From positions 8,549-72,548 of the forward strand of contig CAVWAL010000016.1 of NCBI GenBank assembly GCA_963752935.1: a stretch of DNA of 64,000 nt, read 5' to 3'. Positions 18,454-28,450 of the stretch are shown here, piece after piece. Position numbers and translations under genes: made by a program. Source of the DNA: an uncultured bacterium. Lineage in GTDB: Bacteria; Chloroflexota; Anaerolineae; Caldilineales; Caldilineaceae. Within the stretch, counting starts at the first letter, position 1, and each line of letters starts with the position of its first letter. A model generated the notes under the pieces. That model did not search any database. It had not been told where the DNA came from and was given only the letters and a program-made list of their open reading frames with translations.

Positions 18454-18756
18454 TTGGTCAAGTTCATCCTATCCACGCTCGCGACGGCCGCCGCGCTACC
18501 CGCTCTTCTTTCCTGGGCGCAGGGACGCGCGGAGGGGCAGATCGATAAGATGCAGGATGCAGTCTTCAATACGCCGGGCGCAGAATCGCCGGTGACGCCC
18601 GACGTGGCGTTGGCCGGCGTCGGCTTTGTGAGCGCCCATTTCGTGCTGGGGCAGAAGGTACTCGGGCTGCGCGGCTGGCAGACGATCCTGAGCCTGTTGC
18701 TCGGCATCGGCATCGGGATCGGACTCTTCTTTCAATGGAAAGGATCTGAACGATGA
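18454..18756 (+). CDS. Small membrane protein (hypothetical)
   Basis: TTG start after AGGAGG. Hydrophobic N-terminus VKFILSTLATAAALPALL and C-terminal TM ILSLLLGIGIGIGLFF. ATGA overlap with the next gene. Confidence 0.45.
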   Translation: MVKFILSTLATAAALPALLSWAQGRAEGQIDKMQDAVFNTPGAESPVTPDVALAGVGFVSAHFVLGQKVLGLRGWQTILSLLLGIGIGIGLFFQWKGSER

Positions 18757-19547
18757 TCGTGCGCAAGATGGGGAATGGACGGCTGCTCTGCATCCACCAG
18801 ACCACGCATGCGCTGATGGCGGCGCAGTTTTGCCGTTTCTGGGGCAACGACGACTTCACCACACCTCGGCCTTACGCGCCGGTGATGATGGCGATCGCCC
18901 AACACGACAACGGCTGGGCCGAATGGGAAATGGCCCCACTCCTCTGCGACGACGGCTTCCCGATGGACTTTATGACCTTCACCGATCAGGCGGCCAAGAC
19001 GCGGCTGTGGCAGCGCGGCATCGAGCGGGCATGGGGACAGCATCCCTACGCTGCGCTGATTATCGCCCGTCATGCGGCTATTCTTTATGAACAGTTTCAA
19101 GCGCGCGACGCCTATGATTCGGCCAACAACGCCGAGGTCAATCGCTTCCTGGCCGACCAACGCCAGTTGCTCGAACGTGCGCGGCAGTTGCTGGCCGACG
19201 TTCCTGAGTTCGTGATGGCGATGCAGCCGGAGGTGATCGAAGCCAACGCCCGGCTACTCCAATTCGGCGATCATGCCAGCCTCCAGGTCAGCGTGCCCTG
19301 GGCCGAAGAGGCGACGCTCTCGCACTGCCCGTTGGATTACAGCGGCGTCGAGGTCGAGATCCGCATGCGCTATACCGATGAGCAGATCAGCTTCGATCCC
19401 TGGCCCTTCGGCGTCGATGAATTCGACGTCGCCCTCGAGGGCTACCTCATCGAACAAGATCACTTCGCCGACGAACGCGCCTATCATCGAGCGCTGGCAG
19501 AGGCCCAGTTTTATCGAAAGACATGGACAGTAGTGCACTGTGCATAG
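18753..19547 (+). CDS. Hypothetical protein (possibly DUF3891-like)
   Basis: 264 aa clean ORF, translationally coupled to the upstream small ORF. The family assignment is from memory only. Confidence 0.5.
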   Translation: MIVRKMGNGRLLCIHQTTHALMAAQFCRFWGNDDFTTPRPYAPVMMAIAQHDNGWAEWEMAPLLCDDGFPMDFMTFTDQAAKTRLWQRGIERAWGQHPYAALIIARHAAILYEQFQARDAYDSANNAEVNRFLADQRQLLERARQLLADVPEFVMAMQPEVIEANARLLQFGDHASLQVSVPWAEEATLSHCPLDYSGVEVEIRMRYTDEQISFDPWPFGVDEFDVALEGYLIEQDHFADERAYHRALAEAQFYRKTWTVVHCA

Positions 19548-19612
19548 TCGGTTGTGGATCATCCGGCCAACGACGCGCAGGCACTACGCACTTCGCATGA
19601 AGGACTCACCCA

Positions 19613-21055
19613 ATGTACCAGTTCTATATCTCGCCTCGCACGCTCTCGGAAGCGCTGGCACTAAAGGCCCAGCACGCGGACGCCGCACGCATCATCGCCG
19701 GGGGCACGGATCTGATTATCGAAATGGATCGTGCCATACGCAGCGCGCCTGATGGCGGCGCCCTGGGCATTATCGATCTGACGCGTGTGCCGGGGCTGGC
19801 CGAAATCTGGGAAGCGGACGGGCAGATCCATCTGGGGCCGCTGGTGACGCACAACCAATGTGTAGCCAGTTCCTTGATTGTAGAGAAAGCCTTTCCGCTG
19901 GCGCGTGCCTGCTGGGAAGTGGGCGCACCGCAGATCCGCAACCGGGGCACGCTGGTGGGCAACATCATCACTGCCAGCCCGGCCAACGATTCGATTGTGC
20001 CGCTGCAAGCGCTGGGTGCCACGATCACCGTGCAGAGCGCTGCGCGCGGGGAACGCACATTGCCCATCGAGGACTTCGTTACGGGCTTCCGCAGCGTCGA
20101 TCTGGCCCCCGATGAGATCGTAACCCGCATTTCGCTGCGCCCACTGACGGCGAATGAGCGAGGCGATTTCATCAAGTTGGGGTTGCGCCGCGCCCAGGCC
20201 ATCAGTGTCAACAGCATTGCCGCCGTGGTGGAAATTGATCCGTCTAGCGCAGAAGCGGAGACGCCGGTGGCGAGGCAGGCGCGCATCAGTTTGGGCGCAG
20301 TGGCCCCGGTCATCGTGCGGGCGGCGGCGGCCGAAGACTTTCTCGTGGGCAAAGCGCTCAGCGAAGAGGTCATCATCGAAGCGGCGCGGCTGGCGGCGCA
20401 GGCGGCATCTCCCATCGACGATATTCGCGGCAGCGGCGAATACCGGTTGGCGATGGTGGAAACGCTCACGGCGCGGCTGCTGCGCCAGATCGCCTCCGGT
20501 CGTCACCGTGCAGGATGGCTGGATCATCCTGTTCTGCTATGGGGTGCAACAGACGGTAAGTGGCCGGTCGGGGGGAGTGAAAGAGAGGCAGATCGCAACC
20601 CGCAACCGGCCACCGTCAACGGCCAGAACGTCACCCTTTCCCCCAATAGGACGCTGCTCGATAGTCTGCGCGAGGCGGGCTTTGTGGGGGTAAAGGAAGG
20701 CTGCGCCGAAGGGGAATGCGGTGCATGCACCGTCTTCCTCGATGGCATGGCGGTGATGGCATGTTTGGTGCCTGCGGAACGGGCAGCGGGCAGTAAGGTG
20801 GTTACGATAGAAGGGCTGGCGAATGGGGAGCAGTTGCATCCGCTGCAGGCGGCCTTTGTGCAGAGCGGCGGCGTTCAATGTGGCTACTGCACGCCGGGCT
20901 TTCTAATGTCGGCGGCCAAGTTGCTAGAGGAACGCCCTCACCCGACGCGGGGCGAGGCGCAAGAAGCGCTTACAGGCAATTTATGCCGTTGTACAGGCTA
21001 TCGCAAGATCCTTGATGCGGTAGTGATGGCTGGTCACACAGAAGAATCAAACTAA
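19613..21055 (+). CDS. Molybdopterin-dehydrogenase FAD-binding subunit fused to a [2Fe-2S] subunit (CoxM/CoxS-like fusion)
   Basis: The N-terminal half has IIAGGTDLI (FAD-binding domain). The C-terminal half has CAEGECGACTV, CGYCTPGF and NLCRCTGY cluster motifs. Confidence 0.85.
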   Translation: MYQFYISPRTLSEALALKAQHADAARIIAGGTDLIIEMDRAIRSAPDGGALGIIDLTRVPGLAEIWEADGQIHLGPLVTHNQCVASSLIVEKAFPLARACWEVGAPQIRNRGTLVGNIITASPANDSIVPLQALGATITVQSAARGERTLPIEDFVTGFRSVDLAPDEIVTRISLRPLTANERGDFIKLGLRRAQAISVNSIAAVVEIDPSSAEAETPVARQARISLGAVAPVIVRAAAAEDFLVGKALSEEVIIEAARLAAQAASPIDDIRGSGEYRLAMVETLTARLLRQIASGRHRAGWLDHPVLLWGATDGKWPVGGSEREADRNPQPATVNGQNVTLSPNRTLLDSLREAGFVGVKEGCAEGECGACTVFLDGMAVMACLVPAERAAGSKVVTIEGLANGEQLHPLQAAFVQSGGVQCGYCTPGFLMSAAKLLEERPHPTRGEAQEALTGNLCRCTGYRKILDAVVMAGHTEESN

Positions 21056-21072
21056 CACACAAAGGATTCCAC

Positions 21073-21393
21073 ATGCTCTTCGAATTGCGTCAGTATCGCG
21101 CGAAGGCCGGCAAGCGCGAGGAATGGGTGCGGTTTATGGAAGATGTGATCATCCCCTTTCAGGCATCCAAGGGAATGGTAATCGTGGGTAGCTTCATCGC
21201 CGAACAAGAGGAGGATCTCTACGTTTGGATCCGTCGCTTCGATGACGAGGAAGATCGCAAAAGGCTCTACGCCGCCGTCTACGAGAGCGATTTCTGGAAG
21301 AACGAAATCTCGCCCAAAGTCCCCGAACTGCTCGACCGCGAAAAGACCGTCATAACGAGACTCAACCCAACGCCAAAATCGGTGCTGCGATAA
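21073..21393 (+). CDS. NIPSNAP family protein
   Basis: MLFELRQYRAKAGKREEWVRFM is a typical NIPSNAP start; 106 aa. Confidence 0.7.
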   Translation: MLFELRQYRAKAGKREEWVRFMEDVIIPFQASKGMVIVGSFIAEQEEDLYVWIRRFDDEEDRKRLYAAVYESDFWKNEISPKVPELLDREKTVITRLNPTPKSVLR

Positions 21394-21468
21394 GACGAGA
21401 GATCATGCAAAGGCGCTGAATCTAGAACCGCTAACGACTCCATCCCAAATTCAAAAGGAAATTCCTCA

Positions 21469-22479
21469 ATGGCCAATTCCAAGAGCAAGCCAGAGACAAC
21501 CACTCGATCAATCCGTTGGGGCATCCTTGGCTGTGGGAACGTTACGGAAGTAAAAAGCGGGCCGGCCTTCGCTAAGATCAAAGGATCGGAACTGGTGATG
21601 GTGATGCGCCGCGACGCCGCTCTGGCCCAGGACTATGCACACCGTCACGGTGTGCCCGGCTGGACGAACGACGCCGACACGCTGATCCACAATCCCGAAG
21701 TAGACGCAGTCTACATTGCCACACCGCCTGATTCACACGCCGAGTACACTCGGCGTGTGGCTGCGGCGGGCAAACCCGTCTATGTGGAAAAGCCAATGGC
21801 GCGATCCTATGCAGAATGCCTGCCGATGATCGAAGCCTGCGAGGCCGCCGGGGTGCCGCTCTTCGTGGCCTACTATCGCCGCAGTCTGCCCAATTTTCTC
21901 AAAGTGAAGGAGTTGATCGAGGCCGACGCGATCGGCGCGATTCGCTTTGTGGCCATCCGTCTCTTGCAACCAATCAAACCGGCAGAACAGAATGCGCGGG
22001 ATCTTCCCTGGCGCGTACAACCGGCGATTTCGGGCGGGGGGCACTTCTTTGATCTTGCTTCGCACCAGCTCGATTTCCTCGACTACCTGCTTGGCCCGAT
22101 TGTGGCCGCCCACGGGCATGCGGCCAATCAGGCCGGTCTTTACCCCGCCGAAGACATTGTCACCGCCAACTTCCGTTTTGCATCGGGCGTGCAAGGCAGC
22201 GGCGTCTGGTGCTTCACCGTGGACCCACATCAGAAGTGCGACACAATGGAGATCTTCGGCAGCCGGGGCAAGATCGTGTTCTCGGCCTTTAGTGACGATC
22301 CCGTGCGGCTGGAGCGCGACGGCGCCGTGCAGGAATGGCCGATCTCTTACCCCCAGCACGTGCAGCAACCGCTGATCCAGACCATTGTCGACCAACTCCA
22401 CGGACGAGGGCACTGCCCCAGCACAGGTGAATCCGCTGCCCGTACTTCACGCGTGATGGATGAAATTGTGGGCAGATAA
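21469..22479 (+). CDS. Gfo/Idh/MocA family oxidoreductase
   Basis: IRWGILGCGNV Rossmann motif and EKPMA motif. Confidence 0.85.
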   Translation: MANSKSKPETTTRSIRWGILGCGNVTEVKSGPAFAKIKGSELVMVMRRDAALAQDYAHRHGVPGWTNDADTLIHNPEVDAVYIATPPDSHAEYTRRVAAAGKPVYVEKPMARSYAECLPMIEACEAAGVPLFVAYYRRSLPNFLKVKELIEADAIGAIRFVAIRLLQPIKPAEQNARDLPWRVQPAISGGGHFFDLASHQLDFLDYLLGPIVAAHGHAANQAGLYPAEDIVTANFRFASGVQGSGVWCFTVDPHQKCDTMEIFGSRGKIVFSAFSDDPVRLERDGAVQEWPISYPQHVQQPLIQTIVDQLHGRGHCPSTGESAARTSRVMDEIVGR

Positions 22480-22483
22480 AAAC

Positions 22484-22522
22484 GTTGACGGCCAGGTGCA
22501 GTGAGTGCAGCCGGCCGTCAAC
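22484..22522. terminator. Hairpin between convergent genes
   Basis: GTTGACGGCC pairs with GGCCGTCAAC (10 bp stem). There is no strong T-run. Confidence 0.4.
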
Positions 22523-22552
22523 CTTACCTCAATCACTTGAAGTGATGCCACT

Positions 22553-23512
22553 TTACCCTCTGATCTCTTCAACCGCCTGTACAATGTCGGCGGCAGTCAG
22601 ACCATACTTCTCCAACAGTTCCTGCCCACTGCCGGATTCGGCGAAGGTGTCGCGCAGGCCGACAAAATTCATGCGCACGGGGTGGCGTAGCGCGACGACA
22701 CGAGCCACGGCTGCGCCCAGCCCACCTTCGAGGAGATGTTCCTCTGCCGTGACAATGGCGCCGGTTTCGCTTGCTGCGGCGACAATGGCTTCTTCATCGA
22801 TAGGTTTGATGGTGTGCATGTCGAGCACGCGCGCTTCGATCCCCTGTTCGTGCAACTTCTGAGCGGCTTCCAATGCCGCGGCAACCATCAGACCACAGGC
22901 AATGATCGTCACATCTTTGCCGTCGCGCAGTTGATTGGCTTTGCCGATCTGGAAGGGAACCTCCTCGCCGTCGTAGATCAGCGGCACTTTTGATCGCCCT
23001 GTGCGCAGATAAACAGGGCCGTCATGGGCGAACATCGCCCGCGTCGCCGCCGCCGTTGAGGGACCGTCCGCAGGCACAAGCACCGTGAAATTGGGCAGCG
23101 CCGTCGCCAACGCAATGTCCTCGATACCCATCTGGCTGGGGCCATCTTCGCCAATACTGATACCGGCATGCGATCCCATCAACTTCACCGGCAACTGCGG
23201 AAAGGCGATGCCCATCCGAATCTGATCGAAGGCATTGCTCCACAGAAATGTTGCAAAGCTAGCCGCCAAAACATCCTTGCGAGAGGCAGCCAATCCACTG
23301 GCAACGCCGATCAGGTTACTTTCGGCAATGCCTAGATTGAAGAAGCGGCCAGGGAAGGCTTCGCCGAATTTCTCTGTGCGGGTGGAATTACCCACATCCC
23401 CGTCGAGGACCACGAGGTTTTCGTTCTCTCGGCCAATTTCCACAAGTGCCTCGCCAAACGCATCGCGCGTGGCCGGGCCATAGTCCAACCCGATTGATTT
23501 TCCAATATCCAT
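22553..23512 (-). CDS. Transketolase, C-terminal (pyrimidine-binding) subunit
   Basis: Split-transketolase architecture. It lies 2 nt after the N-terminal subunit gene and shows typical Pyr/C-terminal domain sequence. Confidence 0.9.
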   Translation of the reverse strand: MDIGKSIGLDYGPATRDAFGEALVEIGRENENLVVLDGDVGNSTRTEKFGEAFPGRFFNLGIAESNLIGVASGLAASRKDVLAASFATFLWSNAFDQIRMGIAFPQLPVKLMGSHAGISIGEDGPSQMGIEDIALATALPNFTVLVPADGPSTAAATRAMFAHDGPVYLRTGRSKVPLIYDGEEVPFQIGKANQLRDGKDVTIIACGLMVAAALEAAQKLHEQGIEARVLDMHTIKPIDEEAIVAAASETGAIVTAEEHLLEGGLGAAVARVVALRHPVRMNFVGLRDTFAESGSGQELLEKYGLTAADIVQAVEEIRG

Positions 23513-23514
23513 TG

Positions 23515-24411
23515 TCAGTCCCCCATTTCTCCGTACAACTCGTCCAGCGCGGCTAAGGTATCGTCTAGCTTGTCCTTTGGCACCGGATTGCCATGCATGC
23601 GGTTCTCGCTTTCCTCGAAAATGGAAAGCCCCTTGCCCTTCAGTGTATGCGCAATGATCATCTGTGGGCGATCTTTGACCTTTTGCGCGGCACGCAATGT
23701 GCGCAAGACGCCGTCAATATCATGGCCGTCGACCGTGCCCACATCCCAGCCGAAGGCGTGCCACTTATCGGCGACCGGCGCCAGGCTGGGCATCACATCG
23801 CTGACCGGTCCCGTTTGCTGAAACTGATTGTAGTCGAGGATGCAGGTCAGGTTGTGGACTTTGTACTTGGCGGCGGCCATCGCTGCTTCCCAGATCTGGC
23901 CTTCGTCCGATTCGCCATCACCGATCATGACATAGACGCGGTAATCGCGTCTGTCCAGACGGGCGGCGAGGGCATGGCCCAGCCCGATAGACAGCCCCTG
24001 GCCCAGGGAGCCGGTTGAAGCTTCGACACCGGGCAGCCGGCGCATGTTGGGGTGCCCTTCCACCGGGCTGTTGATCTGTCGCAGCGTGGGCAGCAGATCA
24101 TAGTCAAAGTAGCCCGCTTCGGCCAGGATGGCATAGAGACCGGGGGCAGCATGCCCTTTGCTGAGGATAAACCGATCACGGTCGGGCCAGTCGGGGTGCT
24201 GGGCATCGTAGCGCAGCACATCACCGAAGTAGAGCGCCACCAGGATGTCGATGGCGGAAAGTGAACTCGACGGATGTCCGGAACCTGCCTTCGTGGTGAT
24301 CTCAAGGATCGTCCTGCTCAATTGCCACGAAATCTTCTGTAGCTCTTCCGTAGACTCGTGTCCGTTTTGGGATGTCCTGGTTGTAGATCTGGTTTTTGGG
24401 GATGTAGCCAT
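23515..24411 (-). CDS. Transketolase, N-terminal (TPP-binding) subunit
   Basis: GSGHPSSSLS and GDGESDEGQIWEA TPP motifs. The start is taken at MATSPK (alternative ATG 24462). Confidence 0.9.
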   Translation of the reverse strand: MATSPKTRSTTRTSQNGHESTEELQKISWQLSRTILEITTKAGSGHPSSSLSAIDILVALYFGDVLRYDAQHPDWPDRDRFILSKGHAAPGLYAILAEAGYFDYDLLPTLRQINSPVEGHPNMRRLPGVEASTGSLGQGLSIGLGHALAARLDRRDYRVYVMIGDGESDEGQIWEAAMAAAKYKVHNLTCILDYNQFQQTGPVSDVMPSLAPVADKWHAFGWDVGTVDGHDIDGVLRTLRAAQKVKDRPQMIIAHTLKGKGLSIFEESENRMHGNPVPKDKLDDTLAALDELYGEMGD

Positions 24412-24892
24412 AAAAGTGGAGCCTCCCTGAACTCGAAAACTGTAGAATAGAGTCTGAGCCATTCAATGCCGCATCCTCCACAACGGTTATCGAAACAAAC
24501 ATTGGGGAGGATGCACAGGCTGGTTATGTTGAACTGTCAATCTGTCAGCGCCGAGGGCGAAGATTGCGTCTCTCGCTGCGAATAGGAATCAACTTCAGAG
24601 CAGGCTGTTGTCCTTGATCGCCGATCGACAGCGCCGAAGACAACGCTACACTCAGATCGAGCACACCTTCACGAAGAGTAGCTGCTCCTGTTTGCAACCA
24701 CCGGTAAATGCTATTCAACGAAATCATGGCGTTATGGTCCTTACTTGGTTCGGTTCGTGAGCGCCCAATAAGCGCCTCTTGCACAGCATAAACGCAACCG
24801 GGCCAATGCTCAATGCATCTTGGTATAACTGAAGGGTACAGAGTTGGCATGAGGTAGAGCAGGCGCAGAGCAGCGAGAGAGGGATAACGGGG

Positions 24893-24925
24893 TGAAGAAA
24901 ACGGGAGCGCAGTTGCGCTCCCGTT
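24893..24925 (-). terminator. Rho-independent terminator after the membrane-protein gene
   Basis: AACGGGAGCGC pairs with GCGCTCCCGTT, followed by TTTTCTT on the minus strand. Confidence 0.75.
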
Positions 24926-24947
24926 GTGTAAACAGCAATTGAAACTG

Positions 24948-25697
24948 TCAGGAAGCTCGTCTTTGGAAGAGATTGCGGAAGAGAATCAGTACGCCGATAC
25001 CGATGATCGCCAGCGGCCACAGGAACTCTAACAGGCCAAAGCTGGAAGTCAGGACCACAAACGACATGATCAACATGACACCCGCCGGAATCCAGGCCCA
25101 GGTCATGCGTCCTTTCGGGGTTGGCACCAGCCCAACAAGGGCGAAGGTGGCGCCCAAACCCAGGAAGAAGAAGACGGCGCTCGCATCACCATTCCCTATG
25201 CCCACTTCATCCAGTGCGGCAACGACAGCCAGTGTGCCCAAGACGCCACCGGGGATCACGGCCCACCACATGTCGCGGTTGAGGACGTAGACGGTGACGA
25301 AGCCCAAGCCGATGCTGCCCAGGAAGATCGATCCCTCAAAGGGGATGAAGCGCAGGATGTCGCTGGCGATAATCGTACCCGACAGCCCCAACAACGCGAA
25401 ACCCGGAATCGCCATCCACCAGTTCTTGCGACCGGTTATCGCCAAACCGCCTAGAAATGCTAACCCACCCAGGCCAAAAATACCCGTCCATACGATCGAC
25501 CACAGGGTCGCAGGCACAAAACTCAAGAAGTCGAACCAACCAAGATTCTGGAACAAGAAGAGAAGGCCGGCGACGATGAGCAGCCCACCCCAGAGCAGGC
25601 GTAAGTCTGAGGCGGCCTGAGGCTTGCCACCGTTAAGATTGTCGCCATTGGGTTCAGGGTTGTTGTACTCAAGGTCAGTCATTGTTTGCTTTGCCAC
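24948..25697 (-). CDS. Multi-pass membrane protein with a LiaF-type N-terminal TM module
   Basis: About 7 predicted TM helices. It shares the motif LLIVAGLLFLFQNLGWFDFL with the neighbouring LiaF-like gene. Confidence 0.6.
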   Translation of the reverse strand: MAKQTMTDLEYNNPEPNGDNLNGGKPQAASDLRLLWGGLLIVAGLLFLFQNLGWFDFLSFVPATLWSIVWTGIFGLGGLAFLGGLAITGRKNWWMAIPGFALLGLSGTIIASDILRFIPFEGSIFLGSIGLGFVTVYVLNRDMWWAVIPGGVLGTLAVVAALDEVGIGNGDASAVFFFLGLGATFALVGLVPTPKGRMTWAWIPAGVMLIMSFVVLTSSFGLLEFLWPLAIIGIGVLILFRNLFQRRAS

Positions 25698-25724
25698 GGT
25701 GGAAATCCTTTCTATAGGTACGGT

Positions 25725-26447
25725 TTATTTGCTCTTGACGCTGACACCGCCAAACATGGCGAAGCCAGTAACGATTAAGTCAGGGTGATCGTCCTGCACA
25801 AGCGGCTTTTCAGAACGGTCATCGTCGCTGCCGCCAAAGATGCCCAACACGTCACGTTTGACTGTCCATGTTGCGGGGACAACGACGTCCACGCCGCCGA
25901 ACAGGGCAAAGGTGTTGATGCGGGCGGGCGCTTCCGTCACGGCGGCGGACCGTAAGTCCAGGTCTATGCCGCCGAAGATGGCCGTCGTCTCGCCGCCCTG
26001 GAAAGAAGAAGTGGTGACTCGGTGTTCAGCGCCATTGAAGATCGACAGGATGCTGACTTCGGTTTCATCCTCCCGGTGTGTGAACGGCGCCGGCGTCCTA
26101 ACCCCAGACCGTTCTAACAACATCGAGCCGCCAATCAGGATGAGGATCAAGGGCCAAAACTGCCAGATCGACGCAAACTCAATGATGTCAAAGGCGGCCA
26201 ATTGGAAGGCCGCGCCGCCCGCAATCAAGATCACCGGGCCGGTGATGAAGCGGAAGCGATTGGCGATCAACTGCCAGATACCGAGCAAAACGAAGACCGA
26301 CGGTATCCACTGAAACGCTGAGGACAGATCCAACCATCCCAGATTGCTGACAAGAATCGCGAACCCAATCAGAACCAGAATCAAGCCAACAAAAACCTGG
26401 CTAGAGAAGGCGCGATTGCGCATGGATAACTGCTCCTTTTGTTGCAT
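25725..26447 (-). CDS. LiaF-like cell-envelope stress protein (TM module plus DUF2154-like C-domain)
   Basis: Strong RBS AAGGAGG before ATG 26447. It carries ILVSNLGWLDLS and C-terminal repeats of FGG(I/V)D(L/V). Confidence 0.65.
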   Translation of the reverse strand: MQQKEQLSMRNRAFSSQVFVGLILVLIGFAILVSNLGWLDLSSAFQWIPSVFVLLGIWQLIANRFRFITGPVILIAGGAAFQLAAFDIIEFASIWQFWPLILILIGGSMLLERSGVRTPAPFTHREDETEVSILSIFNGAEHRVTTSSFQGGETTAIFGGIDLDLRSAAVTEAPARINTFALFGGVDVVVPATWTVKRDVLGIFGGSDDDRSEKPLVQDDHPDLIVTGFAMFGGVSVKSK

Positions 26448-26708
26448 CAGGGGGCCCTCCTTGGCCGATGACCTGTTCTGAACGCCGTACCTTTTGCTGT
26501 GCACAGATCCCAGCCTGTGATGGCGTTGGGGTATCTACTACGGCTGGTGAACCACAAAGTTTCATATCTCGGTCAAATTGCTGCACAATTGACTCGTCTG
26601 GTCCTATCTTAGGTCATGAACGTTTCACTCACATCTGTCTTTCGTCACATCGTCGGTCATAAAATGTGGAGATATTGTGAGACAAAAGTTGCAGAAGGGC
26701 CCGGCACA

Positions 26709-26741
26709 TAAAAAAACCCCGGCAACTTGCGGTCGCCGGGG
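26709..26741 (-). terminator. Rho-independent terminator
   Basis: CCCCGGC pairs with GCCGGGG, followed by T7 on the minus strand, downstream of the 26775 stop. Confidence 0.75.
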
Positions 26742-26774
26742 CGTGCACCTTTAACGCAGATCGGGTTCGTCATG

Positions 26775-28430
26775 TCATCCGCCGTCTTCCGAGACAACAG
26801 CGGCTTCCTCGTCTGCAGGTTTGTCTGCCGGTTCCTCTTCGGGGCGCAACCGGTTGGATGCCCAACTGTCATAGCGTTGATGGATCGCGGTATAGTTCGG
26901 CGGCAGTTCAAAGTAAGGCGCTTCGAGCGGCGTCAACCCTTCAACGTCCGCCTTAAACTGGAAATAGTTCCACACGATCCGGCTGATCTCGTTCATGGTG
27001 CTGTTGCTCGTATCCCAGTCCATCCAGCCCTCGCGCCAGAGATAGACGCTGATCACATAGGGGCCCGCCGGTCCCCACACCAGGGCCAGGTCGCTGTGCG
27101 CCTCGTTAACGAAGCCGTGTTTGTGGACGATCCATGCCGTCTTGGGGCGAGGGAGACCGCCCCAGATCAGCTCCTGGAACTCGTCGTGGCTCATATAAAA
27201 CAGGATGTCATGACACTCGCGCGGCGTAAAGGCGTCGCCAAAGGTAGACAGCAGCCGCCCCTCGCCCTGCCAGCAGCGATAGATTTCGCCCAACAGTCGC
27301 CCCATATCCACCGGGGTAGACTGAAGATGGGGATCGGGATCCGTGTTCCAGTCAGTACGCCGGTTGGCCGCCGTGGAAATAGGGGCGATGTTGCTCTTGT
27401 CCTCGTAGCCGGTCTGGATGAACGAATTGTCGAAGCCCAGCGCCTGCATCAGTTCGGTGACATGCCGGCCACCGGCGTAAATGTCGGTATTGCCGTTCCA
27501 CCTCAGCACTTCATTGGCCGCCGCATTGCTGCTTTCACCCAGCGCATAGTCGATCCACTGGCCCAGATACGGTTCAGGCGGTTCCTCCAGTTGGCGATAG
27601 GCTTCGGTGACAATTGCCACCTTCATCGTGGACATACCAGAAAAGGCCACATCCACATCCACCATTGCCTCTTCACCGCTGGCCAGATCTTGCACATAGA
27701 TCGCAGCAAAGCCGGGGAAATCTGACGTAAAGCTGTTCAAGACTCGGCTCAGCGCGTCCATAGACAGCGGAGGTGGTTCCGTTTCGGCCAGGACGAGATG
27801 AGCGGCGGCGTGATCGGGATCGGTCAAGGTATCGATGATCGACTGGACACTTTCCTCGACTAGCAAGGTCTGGCCGGGCGTCCCCAACGTCCAGCGCCAG
27901 TCCTCTTGCACGCTGCCGGTGAAACCGGTGGGCAGCATCTCATCGCCGCCGCTATCGGTCCACCCCCACTGCGGCGGAACGGCGCGGGCCGTCTGCGGCT
28001 CACGGTTGTGCTCGACAGCCACGTTGGCCAACCAATCGTGCAGTTTGTCGTGGTTGAGGGTGAAACGGAGCGAAACCTGGCGGCGGCGCTGCGGCAGTCC
28101 TAAGAGGTGACGCACCGAAATGTCGATGAAGTCGGTGCCTTCCAGATAGCCGGACGCCTCCATCAACATGATCTCGGCGTCGACGTGGAAGTCCACGTCT
28201 TCAGGGTCGAGGACAAGCCGCTCCTCACCAAAGTAGACTGCCACCGGATCACGGAATCGACTGCGGATCGCCTCCACAATCTCTGCCGGATCTTTGTAAT
28301 GGCTCATCTCCTCACCCGCCAGATAGACACCCGGCGGGATCGGTCCTGCCGCTGCCTTAAAACGCGTATACAGCGGGAAGAGCGCCAGGATGAGGATTAG
28401 GAAGAAAACAAAGCGTAAAAATCGACCCAT
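26775..28430 (-). CDS. Membrane-anchored serine hydrolase with a class A beta-lactamase/PBP-like fold
   Basis: N-terminal TM helix. SGMSTMK (SxxK), ESSN (SxN) and KHG (KTG-like) motifs occur in order. The C-tail is acidic. Confidence 0.65.
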   Translation of the reverse strand: MGRFLRFVFFLILILALFPLYTRFKAAAGPIPPGVYLAGEEMSHYKDPAEIVEAIRSRFRDPVAVYFGEERLVLDPEDVDFHVDAEIMLMEASGYLEGTDFIDISVRHLLGLPQRRRQVSLRFTLNHDKLHDWLANVAVEHNREPQTARAVPPQWGWTDSGGDEMLPTGFTGSVQEDWRWTLGTPGQTLLVEESVQSIIDTLTDPDHAAAHLVLAETEPPPLSMDALSRVLNSFTSDFPGFAAIYVQDLASGEEAMVDVDVAFSGMSTMKVAIVTEAYRQLEEPPEPYLGQWIDYALGESSNAAANEVLRWNGNTDIYAGGRHVTELMQALGFDNSFIQTGYEDKSNIAPISTAANRRTDWNTDPDPHLQSTPVDMGRLLGEIYRCWQGEGRLLSTFGDAFTPRECHDILFYMSHDEFQELIWGGLPRPKTAWIVHKHGFVNEAHSDLALVWGPAGPYVISVYLWREGWMDWDTSNSTMNEISRIVWNYFQFKADVEGLTPLEAPYFELPPNYTAIHQRYDSWASNRLRPEEEPADKPADEEAAVVSEDGG

Positions 28431-28450
28431 AGGATTGGTTTACTTCAAGG

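Noticed and set aside
24545-24850. 101 aa ORF (or 60 aa from ATG 24726) between the transketolase and LiaF-like genes
   Set aside because: No convincing RBS, atypical codon ending bias for this genome and no recognisable motif. It lies in a lower-GC promoter or leader region. A real small protein cannot be excluded.
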